Shown: positions 1 to 7,935, counted from the first letter of the stretch. The stretch: 39,160 nucleotides of DNA from Minisyncoccota bacterium (GCA_043742005.1 JAYTZG010000043.1:1-39160); one strand, 5' to 3'. Numbers and translations are program-made. Notes: generated from the sequence alone by a model not told the origin.

Positions 1-96
1 CTCGGCGCCCAATTCCACCCCGAACTCCAGGCTCGCCCTCTGGCACCACATCCGCTCTTTACAGCCTTTGTCAAAGCGTCCTACGAAACGAAGTAG
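1..96 (+). CDS. 3' end of a class I (type 1) glutamine amidotransferase-domain protein (partial, start outside window)
   Basis: Frame 1 reads [31 protein letters not shown] then TAG at 94-96. G-x-QFHPE is the His/Glu catalytic signature of class I GATases. Confidence 0.55.
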   Translation, partial: LGAQFHPELQARPLAPHPLFTAFVKASYETK

Positions 97-201
97 GTAA
101 AGGGGTGATTTTCTCCTCTTTAAAGTACAGAAACTTTATGGTAGTCTAGTGGGCGCATGGCTTTGCCTTGCGCTACTACCAGCACTTAAGTGCACACAAT
201 C

Positions 202-220
202 CTTGGCGGATGTCTAATGG
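202..220 (+). repeat. Orphan copy of the first 19-20 nt of the tRNA-Gln-like gene
   Basis: cttggcggat-gtctaatgg here matches cttggcggatcgtctaatgg at 338-357 with a single 1-nt indel. Similarity is lost after that. Confidence 0.7.
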
Positions 221-339
221 AAAGCAAAGCTTTCTTGAACTGCGTTCGGAAGCAATATATGAGCAAGCTTCTATATTCTTCCTCACTTGTCCAAGGAGGA
301 CTAACGTCCTCCCTTTAGACCCCGTCAAAGGACAGATCT

Positions 340-410
340 TGGCGGATCGTCTAATGGTAGGACGCCGGTTTTTGGTGCCGTCTATCGGGGTTCGAGTCCC
401 TGTCCAGCAG
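340..410 (+). tRNA. tRNA-Gln(UUG)-like gene, possibly impaired (acceptor-stem mismatches), no encoded CCA
   Basis: Manual cloverleaf: acceptor tggcgga/tccagca; D arm gtc-taatggtag-gac; anticodon arm ccggt-ttttggt-gccgt (U33, anticodon TTG, G37); variable ctat; T arm cgggg-ttcgagt-ccctg. U1-A72 and G73 match bacterial tRNA-Gln. Caveats: G3.G70, C4.A69 and C27.U43 mismatches. Confidence 0.55.
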
Positions 411-420
411 CTCTTAGCAT

Positions 421-445
421 AAAATCCCCGGTAAGGGGATTTTTG
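421..445 (+). terminator. Intrinsic terminator-like hairpin after the tRNA-Gln-like gene
   Basis: aaaATCCCCggtaaGGGGATtttt: A-tract, 6-bp GC-rich stem, T-tract. It is nested inside a longer inverted repeat (400-413 with 451-465). Confidence 0.6.
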
Positions 446-450
446 CTTTA

Positions 451-465
451 GAGCTGCTAGGACAG
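451..465 (+). repeat. Inverted copy of the tRNA-Gln-like 3' end
   Basis: gagctgctaggacag is the reverse complement of ctgtcc-agcagctc (400-413) with one extra nt. Confidence 0.7.
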
Positions 466-597
466 CACAGTCCGGGGGACTGTGCGTAGCGACAAGGTGT
501 ACTGGTCATGTAAGTAAACTTTCTAATCCTGCATTCGCAGTTTGAGTATGAGTAAACTCCTGCTCAACTACTCATTTGAATTAGTAACGATCGAGAT

Positions 598-613
598 TCC
601 CTGTCCATCAGCA
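598..613 (+). repeat. Distal direct repeat of the tRNA-Gln-like 3' end (candidate displaced native 3' end)
   Basis: tccctgtccatcagca here versus tccctgtccagcagc at 397-411: the first 10 nt are exact and only one of the next five positions differs. Similarity extends upstream (tcgag-at-tccctg vs tcgag-tccctg). This version pairs better with the 5' acceptor strand tggcgga (one C.A mismatch plus one G.U wobble) than the resident 3' end does. Confidence 0.6.
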
Positions 614-620
614 ATCAGCA

Positions 621-652
621 GGCCACAAATGTGTATGCATTTGTGGCCTTTG
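621..652 (+). terminator. Hairpin terminator directly after the distal tRNA-Gln repeat
   Basis: ggccacaaatg-tgtatg-catttgtggcc (11-bp stem) followed by ttt. Confidence 0.5.
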
Positions 653-735
653 CTGTGCATCTAAATAAGAGGCTATTTAAAAAGTTATCAGCTTTGCTAT
701 TATGCGCTTGGTTCTCGTGATATTGTTTATTAGTA

Positions 736-1869
736 ATGATCAACTTTAAAGATAAAGAATGGCAGAAACGAGCCATCGTCCCTGGTGCGGCCCTGGGAGT
801 GTTCGTCTGCATCTTTCTAATCGGTTTAATCGATTTTGGTACCGTAACGTATTCTAGGGAAGACGCTCGTGACGAAGAGAATAAGGAGCAGACAGCTGCA
901 GAGGCGACTGAAGAGGCGTCACCGACTTGGCCTGCACTGCTTGATACAGCAGCTTATGATGAGCGCATGCTCGCTCTCGCTCAATATAAGTCTTCGTCAA
1001 CCACAAAACTCAAGTACTCCAGCACTACCAATGTACGTATCGAAGGAAAGGCCTGGCCGACAAAAGCAGTATACCCACACGGCGGCGCGATTCTGCCGTT
1101 TAAGCGTATCCTCGCTTTTTATGGGAATTTATACTCAACCCGTATGGGTATCTTGGGTGAATTGCCGCCGGATCAAGTTTTGGCAAAGCTAGAGGCAACT
1201 AAAAAAATATGGGAGACCGCCGATCCTACCACTCCAGTCATGACAGCAATCCATTACATTGCCATCGTTGCTCAGGCTGAAGGGGGGAGGGATGGAATGT
1301 ATCGTGCCGTGATGCCAGAAACAGAGATTGAAAAAGCCTATGCCATGGCAAAGCAATCAAATAGTATCTTCATTATCGACTTGCAGGTTGGGAAGAGTAC
1401 GATTCAAGAAGAACTACCGAAATTTCGGAAGTATCTAGAGCAGCCAGATGTGCATTTAGCGATTGATCCAGAGTTTTCAATGAAGACTGGCGATAAGCCA
1501 GGAGACGTTGTCGGCACCTATGATGCTGCTGATGTGAATTATGTAATCAACTACCTCGACCAGATTATTAAAGAAAAGCAGTTGCCACCCAAGGTGTTCG
1601 TTATACATCGCTTCACCCAAAACATGCTGACGCGCTCGTCCCTTATTGTCCCAAGCGAAGACGTGCAAGTTATTATCGATATGGATGGATGGGGTCCGGC
1701 GGCAAATAAAATCGGCACTTACAATCACTTCGTGGCCCCGGATCCCGTACAGTTCACCGGTATTAAGCTTTTCTACAAAAACGATCTCAAACCACCTAGT
1801 ACTGGTCTATTGACGCCAAGTCAGGTGCTCGGACTTACTCCTATTCCTATCTACATTCAGTATCAATAA
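736..1869 (+). CDS. Hypothetical membrane-anchored exported protein
   Basis: 377-aa ORF with an N-terminal TM helix (AALGVFVCIFLIGLIDF), an acidic linker and a globular domain. I recognise no family confidently. Confidence 0.7.
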   Translation: MINFKDKEWQKRAIVPGAALGVFVCIFLIGLIDFGTVTYSREDARDEENKEQTAAEATEEASPTWPALLDTAAYDERMLALAQYKSSSTTKLKYSSTTNVRIEGKAWPTKAVYPHGGAILPFKRILAFYGNLYSTRMGILGELPPDQVLAKLEATKKIWETADPTTPVMTAIHYIAIVAQAEGGRDGMYRAVMPETEIEKAYAMAKQSNSIFIIDLQVGKSTIQEELPKFRKYLEQPDVHLAIDPEFSMKTGDKPGDVVGTYDAADVNYVINYLDQIIKEKQLPPKVFVIHRFTQNMLTRSSLIVPSEDVQVIIDMDGWGPAANKIGTYNHFVAPDPVQFTGIKLFYKNDLKPPSTGLLTPSQVLGLTPIPIYIQYQ

Positions 1870-1934
1870 GCAAAAGATGGTCTTTGGAAAGACGATCGTA
1901 CTACAGTGTATCGGACCCAATATTGTCTTGGACA

Positions 1935-2468
1935 CTACGGTGCTTCCCCCGGAGGACGGACCTCCGGGAGTAGAACACCCGTGCTCGTTCGGGCGCTTCT
2001 AGTCACTGTCTGGCTATGTGTAAAGTTGGAATATTTTAGATCTGTTACCGTTATTTGTATGATTTTGTTTTTTCCGGCTATGTAAAATTGTGGGGGAAAT
2101 GATAGGGATTTTGGGTTGGCATTAGCTGCAGTTGCCAGCAGTTTTGTCACCTCAAAATTTAAATCTGTATCTACAACCACGGAGGCCACTCCTTCTATCT
2201 GGAGAACAACCGGGTCTATTTCCTGGCCAACTAAAAATGAGACTTTGCTATTTTTTGTAATGTTCTTGAACTTCCGGCTTTCTTTTGAAGTGAGAATAAA
2301 GATGTCAAGCTCTTTATTGAGTACGTAGTAGACAAAGGCTGTTTGAGGAGAGTTATCTTCATGGGAGGAGGTGGCGAGTACTCCTAGTCTATTGGCGCGT
2401 AAAAAGTTTACTGCTGCGGGGTTTTTGAAAATTTCTTTATGAAGATTTGAAGTAGTTTTTGCGTGCAT
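1935..2468 (-). CDS. Pyridoxamine 5'-phosphate oxidase-like FMN-binding split-barrel protein
   Basis: FLRANRLGVLATSS...AFVYYVL...IFILTSKESRKFKNI..NSKVSFLVG matches the PNPOx/general-stress-26 pattern. The ATG at 2468 is preferred over the GTG at 2486. The last ~28 aa run through a repeat hairpin and look non-native. Confidence 0.7.
   Translation of the reverse strand: MHAKTTSNLHKEIFKNPAAVNFLRANRLGVLATSSHEDNSPQTAFVYYVLNKELDIFILTSKESRKFKNITKNSKVSFLVGQEIDPVVLQIEGVASVVVDTDLNFEVTKLLATAANANPKSLSFPPQFYIAGKNKIIQITVTDLKYSNFTHSQTVTRSARTSTGVLLPEVRPPGEAP
1941..1978 (+). repeat. GGAGG/CCTCC hairpin repeat element, copy 1
   Basis: tgcttcCCCGGAGGacggaCCTCCGGGagtagaaca, with an 8-bp stem. It shares flanks and stem with the copies at 7252-7292 (same orientation) and 3483-3518 (inverted). 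Confidence 0.75.
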
Positions 2469-2647
2469 GGTTATATTCAAGCCCACTTATCATTACTATA
2501 GTTGTATTGTGAGTCTACTCCTTAAGCGTGAGATGTAAAGGACGTAATTATCTAAACGCGCTCCGCTAGCCACAATCTCGGCATAATAAATGTATGAAAG
2601 CTACACTAAATGAACTCTTTAGGGATTTGGGTATATAATCAACATAT

Positions 2648-3460
2648 ATGGCTGATTGGGATAAATTAGAGACTAGTGGTGACGTGGAAGACCGGCGTGC
2701 AATGTCGCGAGGGAAAGTGCTTGGAGGCGGTATTGGCGGGGTCGTCTTACTAATGGGGATTACGTATCTTATGGGCGGGAATCCTCTGGATGTACTGCTT
2801 CAGACTGATCCTTCGGTGTTCACTCAATCTGTTACTCCAGCAGAGGATGTTACGCAATTTGAAGGCAAAGATTCTTACGAGACATTTGCTAGTGCGGTGC
2901 TTGGTTCAAATAATGATTATTGGCAGAAAGTCTTTGCTGAGGAAGGTGAATCATATACTGCGCCAAAGCTCGTCCTCTTCAGGGGTCAGACCGACTCTGC
3001 GTGTGGTGGTGCTGAAAGTGCGGTAGGGCCGCATTATTGTCCTAACGATGGAAACATCTATCTAGACGAGACATTCTTCGAAGAACTAACCGCACGTTTT
3101 GGTGGTAGTGGCGGCGATGTGGCGCAGTCATATGTGATTGGACACGAAGTTGGGCACCATGTACAACAGCTTCTTGGCTTGCTTGAATCAGAGACAACCA
3201 ATAAAGCATCAATCAATACAGAATTACAGGCCGACTGCTTTGCGGGTCTATGGGAAGGTAGCTTAAAGGATAGGGGAGTTTTTACACCCGGAGAGATTAA
3301 GGAAGCGATCGATGCTGCGGCTGCTGTAGGCGACGATAATATCCAAAATAGAACCCAAGGCCAAGTCCAACTAGAAACATGGACGCACGGATCTTCAAAA
3401 GAGCGAGTAGCAGCGTTTACCAAAGGTTACGAAACCGGAGATCTAGCGCAGTGTCTATAG
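2648..3460 (+). CDS. ypfJ: YpfJ-family neutral zinc metallopeptidase
   Basis: N-terminal TM, FRGQTDSACGGAESAVGPHYCPNDGNIYLD, HEVGHHVQ zinc motif and ELQADCFAG are all typical of the Zn_peptidase/YpfJ family. Confidence 0.9.
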   Translation: MADWDKLETSGDVEDRRAMSRGKVLGGGIGGVVLLMGITYLMGGNPLDVLLQTDPSVFTQSVTPAEDVTQFEGKDSYETFASAVLGSNNDYWQKVFAEEGESYTAPKLVLFRGQTDSACGGAESAVGPHYCPNDGNIYLDETFFEELTARFGGSGGDVAQSYVIGHEVGHHVQQLLGLLESETTNKASINTELQADCFAGLWEGSLKDRGVFTPGEIKEAIDAAAAVGDDNIQNRTQGQVQLETWTHGSSKERVAAFTKGYETGDLAQCL

Positions 3461-3482
3461 TATTCACCGCCTTTAATTACAT

Positions 3483-3518
3483 GGTTCTACGGAGGAAGGA
3501 CCTCCGAGGGAAACATTG
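3483..3518 (-). repeat. GGAGG/CCTCC hairpin repeat element, copy 2 (inverted orientation)
   Basis: ggttctaCGGAGGaaggaCCTCCGagggaaaca. Its reverse complement aligns with copy 1, including the flanks ttccc...tagaac. Confidence 0.7.
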
Positions 3519-3625
3519 CTAATGTCTCAATCACATATCCCTCATATTTTTTGACATCCTACTCCGTAGGGGCCATGGTGGCGTTATGCAACTTGATATG
3601 AAGATAAGAAGGTTACTTTCGTAAT

Positions 3626-4225
3626 ATGTGTTTTTCAGCAGCCGCCAGTCTAGCCGCCGGAGGAACGCTCAGTGTCGTGGGCGGCTTGACGTTGGCTAAG
3701 GTCAAAAATAAATCCGAACTGCCTTTTGCTAGCATTCCGCTTTTATTTGGTATTCAGCAAGCTATCGAAGGTGCCGTGTGGCTCTCTTTTGGTTCTCCTG
3801 TTTTGAACACCATAGCCACCTATGCGTATTCGATGTTCTCTCACGTGCTGTGGCCGGTATTTGTCCCGTTCGCGGTTCTGATGATAGAGAAAGATCCTGT
3901 GCGGAAGAAGGTTTTGCGCCTGTTTTCGTTCGTCGGTCTTGCGGTCGGATTGTATCTGCTGTACTTCCTTTTGATCGATCCGATTAAGGCGCATATCGTC
4001 AACAACAGCATTGCCTATCAATCTCCGCATCTGTACGCATACCTCATGATGTCGCTCTACCTCATAGCTACGTGTGGGAGTTGTCTGGTATCGAGCCACA
4101 AAGTCATTAGGATATTTGGAAGTGTTTTGTTTATTTCGTTCGTTATCGCCGCCTGGTTCTTTATCGAAACATTCCTCTCTGTCTGGTGTTTCTTTTCTGC
4201 TATCCTCAGCATCATCGTTTACTAG
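3626..4225 (+). CDS. Hypothetical polytopic membrane protein (about 6 TM)
   Basis: 199-aa ORF that is hydrophobic throughout. No family assigned. Confidence 0.65.
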   Translation: MCFSAAASLAAGGTLSVVGGLTLAKVKNKSELPFASIPLLFGIQQAIEGAVWLSFGSPVLNTIATYAYSMFSHVLWPVFVPFAVLMIEKDPVRKKVLRLFSFVGLAVGLYLLYFLLIDPIKAHIVNNSIAYQSPHLYAYLMMSLYLIATCGSCLVSSHKVIRIFGSVLFISFVIAAWFFIETFLSVWCFFSAILSIIVY

Positions 4226-4516
4226 TATTTCCAAAACAAATCCACAGGTCCCATATTCGGTTGAAGTGGCACAACATTAGATAACAGTTTCGCCTAGGCC
4301 TAGGCAAAATAGTCAGAGCCTCCATTTGCTCTGATTGACAAGTATTACTCTTTAATCAAAGTCTCTGCGTCGTACTAGATTCGCAGCCAGCTAAATAATA
4401 TTTACAGCTCCGGCTTGTAATCGTTCCTATTTTTAGGCGGCATTATAGGATATGTCTTACGAATCAGAAATCGCTGTAGACAGTAGATCGATGTTTTTGA
4501 ATTGATGTAATAATTT

Positions 4517-5746
4517 ATGAAATATCTCTACACTTTCATCGTCCTCGCTGTCATTTTTTTAGGTGGTTATTACGGGTATGTTTATCTCAAAGAAAACCCT
4601 CCAGAATTTTTGATTAAACTGGCCACGAAAACTAAAGCCCCACCACCTTTGCCTGAGGGTAAAGAGGCTCCTTTGCAAACTACGGATGGGTTCGTTACTA
4701 CAATTTTCTCTAGAGACACCCCCGGCGCCCGAGTCTTGATTCGCGACCAAGACAAAAATCTACTGGCGTCACTTACAAAAGAAGGAAAGATTGTCGCGTT
4801 GCCAGATAAAGACAACAACGGAGAGGCTGATTCTACCAAGGTCATAGTTGAAGGTCTTGATAGACCGCACGGAATTCTCGTGCGCTGTGAAAGTGAACAA
4901 GGGACTTTAGGGAAAGACTGCACACTGTTTGTTGCCGAAACGGTAAGCCTTACGTCGTATGAGTACAATGCCGAAACATTTAGTGTTTCTAATAAACAAA
5001 GACTGCTAGAGTTTCCTAGTGATGGGGGTCATTTCACCCGCACACTTTTAATGCACCCTAATGATGTAGAGTTGCTCATTAGTGTGGGCAGTTCTTGCAA
5101 CGTCTGTACCGAAAGCGATCCGCGCAGAGCCACCGTCTTGTCATATAACCTCAAGACTAAAGTGCAAACGATCTTCGCTTCAGGCCTGCGAAACTCAGTC
5201 TTCTTGGCGATTGATCCGATAACAAGTGCAGTCTGGGCAACTGAAAACGGAAGAGATGTTATAGGAAACGATATCCCACCGGACGAGATAAACATTGTTG
5301 AGTTTGGAAAGCATTATGGGTGGCCGGATTGCTATGGAAAAAATGTATTTGATTCAGATTTTAGTGACGCAAAAGAGCCTAGGATTTGTGAATCAGCCAC
5401 TCCATCACATATTGATTTGCAAGCTCATTCGGCTGCTTTAGGTCTCGCGTTTATTCCTGAAGAGGGCTGGCCAGATTATATGGCCGGGGATGTATTGGTT
5501 GCCTATCATGGATCGTGGAATAGAGATGTGCCAACAGGATATAAAGTAGTACGCATTGAACTTTCCAAAGAAAAAGACAGAAACGCCGAAAGTGAAGCTA
5601 TCGATTTCTTGACTGGCTTTCTTGCCGACGGTCAAAAAACGGGAGAAGCTCTCGGCCGGCCGGTAGGATTGTTGGTTGAGCCTGGTGGTGTTGTTTACGT
5701 TGCCGACGATCGAGCGGGGGCAGTCTACAAAGTCAGTAGAAAATGA
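4517..5746 (+). CDS. PQQ-dependent sugar (glucose/sorbosone) dehydrogenase-like beta-propeller protein
   Basis: N-terminal TM, PHGIL, NGRDVIGNDIPPDEIN, HYGWPDCYG and GRPVGL..PGGVVYVADDRAGAVYKV motifs are typical of the soluble GSDH/sorbosone dehydrogenase family. Confidence 0.8.
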   Translation: MKYLYTFIVLAVIFLGGYYGYVYLKENPPEFLIKLATKTKAPPPLPEGKEAPLQTTDGFVTTIFSRDTPGARVLIRDQDKNLLASLTKEGKIVALPDKDNNGEADSTKVIVEGLDRPHGILVRCESEQGTLGKDCTLFVAETVSLTSYEYNAETFSVSNKQRLLEFPSDGGHFTRTLLMHPNDVELLISVGSSCNVCTESDPRRATVLSYNLKTKVQTIFASGLRNSVFLAIDPITSAVWATENGRDVIGNDIPPDEINIVEFGKHYGWPDCYGKNVFDSDFSDAKEPRICESATPSHIDLQAHSAALGLAFIPEEGWPDYMAGDVLVAYHGSWNRDVPTGYKVVRIELSKEKDRNAESEAIDFLTGFLADGQKTGEALGRPVGLLVEPGGVVYVADDRAGAVYKVSRK

Positions 5747-5853
5747 ATTTTTGTAAAACACTTGCTATCCGAAGCTTCGACTGGGACTCTCCTGGGCAAC
5801 TAAATTGAATTTTTCTGTAATCTAAACCTCGCTCGGACGTCATTATAAGTAAG

Positions 5854-6708
5854 ATGAATTACAAACTTGTTTCGATTTTTGCGGTGCTCCTGGTTGTTCT
5901 AGTAGGGGTTGCTAGCGCGTTTTACTTTTCGCCCATGTTGCCGGTGACGGTTGTTCCCGATACTACAGTCGCTTGCACTGAAGAGGCAAAGGTTTGCCCT
6001 GACGGTTCGTCAGTCGGACGAACCGAGCCAAACTGTGAGTTTGCTCCTTGCCCAGGGGTACCGCCCGTAACAGAAGCAACTACTGCCGCCCTGAACCAAA
6101 AGATTTTTACTGGCGGCGTATTCATCACACCACTAACAGTTGTTACCGATAGTCGCTGTCCAACTGATGTCACATGTATTTGGGCGGGGGAAGTGACACT
6201 TAAGACAAAACTTGAAAAGGGTAGTGCAAGCAAGGAAGTTGTTTTGAAAATGAACGTACCGACTACCTTTGAAGGTACGTTTGTTACGCTCGAATCAGTT
6301 GCGCCAGAAAATAATTCTAAACAACCGTTTGCAAAAGAGGAGTATCGCTTCACCTTTCGGGTAACACAAGACGGCACTGCGCCGCCGACAAAAACAGGAA
6401 CTATCAGTGGTAAGGTGACAACCAGTCCAACGTGTCCCGTGCAGCGCATTCCCCCAGAACCACAATGTGAACCCAAGCCCTACGCTACGGCTATCAAAAT
6501 CAGAGCAGAAGGCACTACTGCAGTTATAAAGACCATACAGAGTAATATCTCAGGCGCGTTCACGGTCAGTCTGCCTGTTGGTTCATACGAACTCGAAGCG
6601 GTCACTGAAAATAACGCCATTTTCCCCCGCTGTGAGAAAACTCTAGCTGTAGTAAAAGCTGACAAGACTACTACCACTGACATTTCTTGCGATACGGGTA
6701 TTCGCTAG
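5854..6708 (+). CDS. Hypothetical exported protein with a Cys-rich N-terminal module and a carboxypeptidase-regulatory-like C-terminal beta domain
   Basis: Signal/TM segment, CTEEAKVCPDGSSVGRTEPNCEFAPCP, then GTISGKVT...SGAFTVSLPVGSYELEA. Confidence 0.7.
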   Translation: MNYKLVSIFAVLLVVLVGVASAFYFSPMLPVTVVPDTTVACTEEAKVCPDGSSVGRTEPNCEFAPCPGVPPVTEATTAALNQKIFTGGVFITPLTVVTDSRCPTDVTCIWAGEVTLKTKLEKGSASKEVVLKMNVPTTFEGTFVTLESVAPENNSKQPFAKEEYRFTFRVTQDGTAPPTKTGTISGKVTTSPTCPVQRIPPEPQCEPKPYATAIKIRAEGTTAVIKTIQSNISGAFTVSLPVGSYELEAVTENNAIFPRCEKTLAVVKADKTTTTDISCDTGIR

Positions 6709-6710
6709 CA

Positions 6711-7169
6711 TCAGCGCCTGCTTAAATATATAAATAAAAAGCCAAATAAAGCACCAAAAACCATCCCTACCAGTACTTGAAACCAAGTGTGAACATGTAG
6801 AATAATTCGAGAGTATGAGACTGCCGCAGTAGTCAGAATCCCTATAGCTATGATTAGGTATTTGTAAGTTGGTTTAAGTCGCGACGACAAGAAGCAAACA
6901 ACAATTGCTAAAAAAGTGACACCAGCGGCGTGTCCACTAGGGAAGGCATATCCGGAAGCGATAATCAGTGAATCAGCCGGTCTGGCTACCTGAAAGTAGT
7001 TTTTGGCAATTGTCACGGCAGAAAATAATCCGATCGAAGAGATTAACAGTGAGAAGGCTTTTTGGCTCGCTTTAATTTTGAAAAGAAGTAGGACTATTAG
7101 CAGTAGGCAAATAATCAGAGTAGGCGTGCTAGCTACTTTGGTGAAAATAAAAACTCCTAATGGACTCAT
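6711..7169 (-). CDS. PAP2-family phosphatase (undecaprenyl-diphosphate / phosphatidate phosphatase-like)
   Basis: Three PAP2 motifs are present: K-x6-RP (KNYFQVARP), PSGH (FPSGHAAG) and SR-x5-H-x3-D-like (SRIILHVHTWFQV). The protein is a multi-TM protein. Confidence 0.85.
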   Translation of the reverse strand: MSPLGVFIFTKVASTPTLIICLLLIVLLLFKIKASQKAFSLLISSIGLFSAVTIAKNYFQVARPADSLIIASGYAFPSGHAAGVTFLAIVVCFLSSRLKPTYKYLIIAIGILTTAAVSYSRIILHVHTWFQVLVGMVFGALFGFLFIYLSRR

Positions 7170-7251
7170 GAGGTACAGTATACAAAAATAAAACTCAATA
7201 GGTAGTTGTTCGGTTTAGCAAAACGCTACTTGCATCCAGAACTGTAGCAGT

Positions 7252-7292
7252 TGCTTTATTTCCCCGAGGACGGACCTCCAGGAGCAGGAAAA
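7252..7292 (+). repeat. GGAGG/CCTCC hairpin repeat element, copy 3
   Basis: tgctttatttccccGAGGacggaCCTCcaggagcaggaaaa. It has the same loop (acgga) and flanks as copy 1. Confidence 0.7.
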
Positions 7293-7384
7293 TCTGAGAC
7301 CCGAAAAAGTCACATTAAGCGTATCATTTAGAGTTAATAGACGGTAAGTGGCGACCCTGCTGTTGTCTAGTGTGTCCGCATCGG

Positions 7385-7393
7385 TGATATAAT
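7385..7393 (+). promoter_or_regulatory. Candidate extended -10 promoter (TGaTATAAT) for the 7436 gene
   Basis: tgatataat lies 43 nt upstream of the ATG. No good -35 element is present. Confidence 0.35.
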
Positions 7394-7435
7394 CAACTAA
7401 GCTCTCATTTTATATATAAATAACTTCAATATTCT

Positions 7436-7882
7436 ATGACTATACTTTTACTTTCTTTGGCTGGTGTGGTGATTTCTGTTGTTGTCGGCATGCTTTGGTA
7501 CAATCCCTCAACGCCGATGGGTAGGATTCACATGCGGTACCTCGGTTTTGACATACTGTCTCCTGAAGAACAAAAGAAGCTAATTGAAGAAGCAAAACCG
7601 AAGATGCCAAAGATTTATACTGGGCAAATGCTGCTCTCGCTACTAACTTCAACCTTCACAGTTTTTGTCATTACTATGAGTGTGCAAAATGGCGTGCCAC
7701 TTGCGATGGCAGTGATGTTTCCGGTACTGGGTTGGCTGTGCTTTACCGTACCAGCTGTAGGTAGCGGAATTCTCTGGGGCAACCCGGAAGGAGAATTGGC
7801 CTGGAAGAGATTTTTCTCCGAGACACTCTGTACTTTGGTGACTATCCTATTAATTGCCCTCCTGGTTAGTTTTTTCTTCTGA
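7436..7882 (+). CDS. DUF1761-like small membrane protein
   Basis: The N-terminus (VVISVVVGMLWYNPSTPMG) and the 4-TM layout resemble DUF1761. Confidence 0.5.
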   Translation: MTILLLSLAGVVISVVVGMLWYNPSTPMGRIHMRYLGFDILSPEEQKKLIEEAKPKMPKIYTGQMLLSLLTSTFTVFVITMSVQNGVPLAMAVMFPVLGWLCFTVPAVGSGILWGNPEGELAWKRFFSETLCTLVTILLIALLVSFFF

Positions 7883-7906
7883 AGTAAGCCTATTTCTGGA
7901 AATTCC

Positions 7907-7935
7907 TTGACAAAAAATAGATTAGGTGTATTATA
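7907..7935 (+). promoter_or_regulatory. Candidate sigma70-type promoter of the cold-shock gene
   Basis: TTGACA, a 16-17 nt spacer, then TATTAT/ATTATA. It would give an ~80-nt 5' UTR, as is usual for csp genes. Confidence 0.45.

Noticed and set aside
168-422. 84-aa + strand ORF
   Set aside because: It runs through the tRNA-Gln-like gene, its orphan 5' fragment and structured spacer hairpins. It has no SD and no protein-like sequence.
120-655. tmRNA (including a permuted two-piece form) as an explanation for the tRNA-like pieces
   Set aside because: I found no GGGG...GGTTTCGAC-type 5' end, no alanine-rich tag reading frame and no encoded CCA. The 452-613 piece is only ~160 nt and has no convincing T arm. 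I cannot exclude this possibility without a covariance-model scan.
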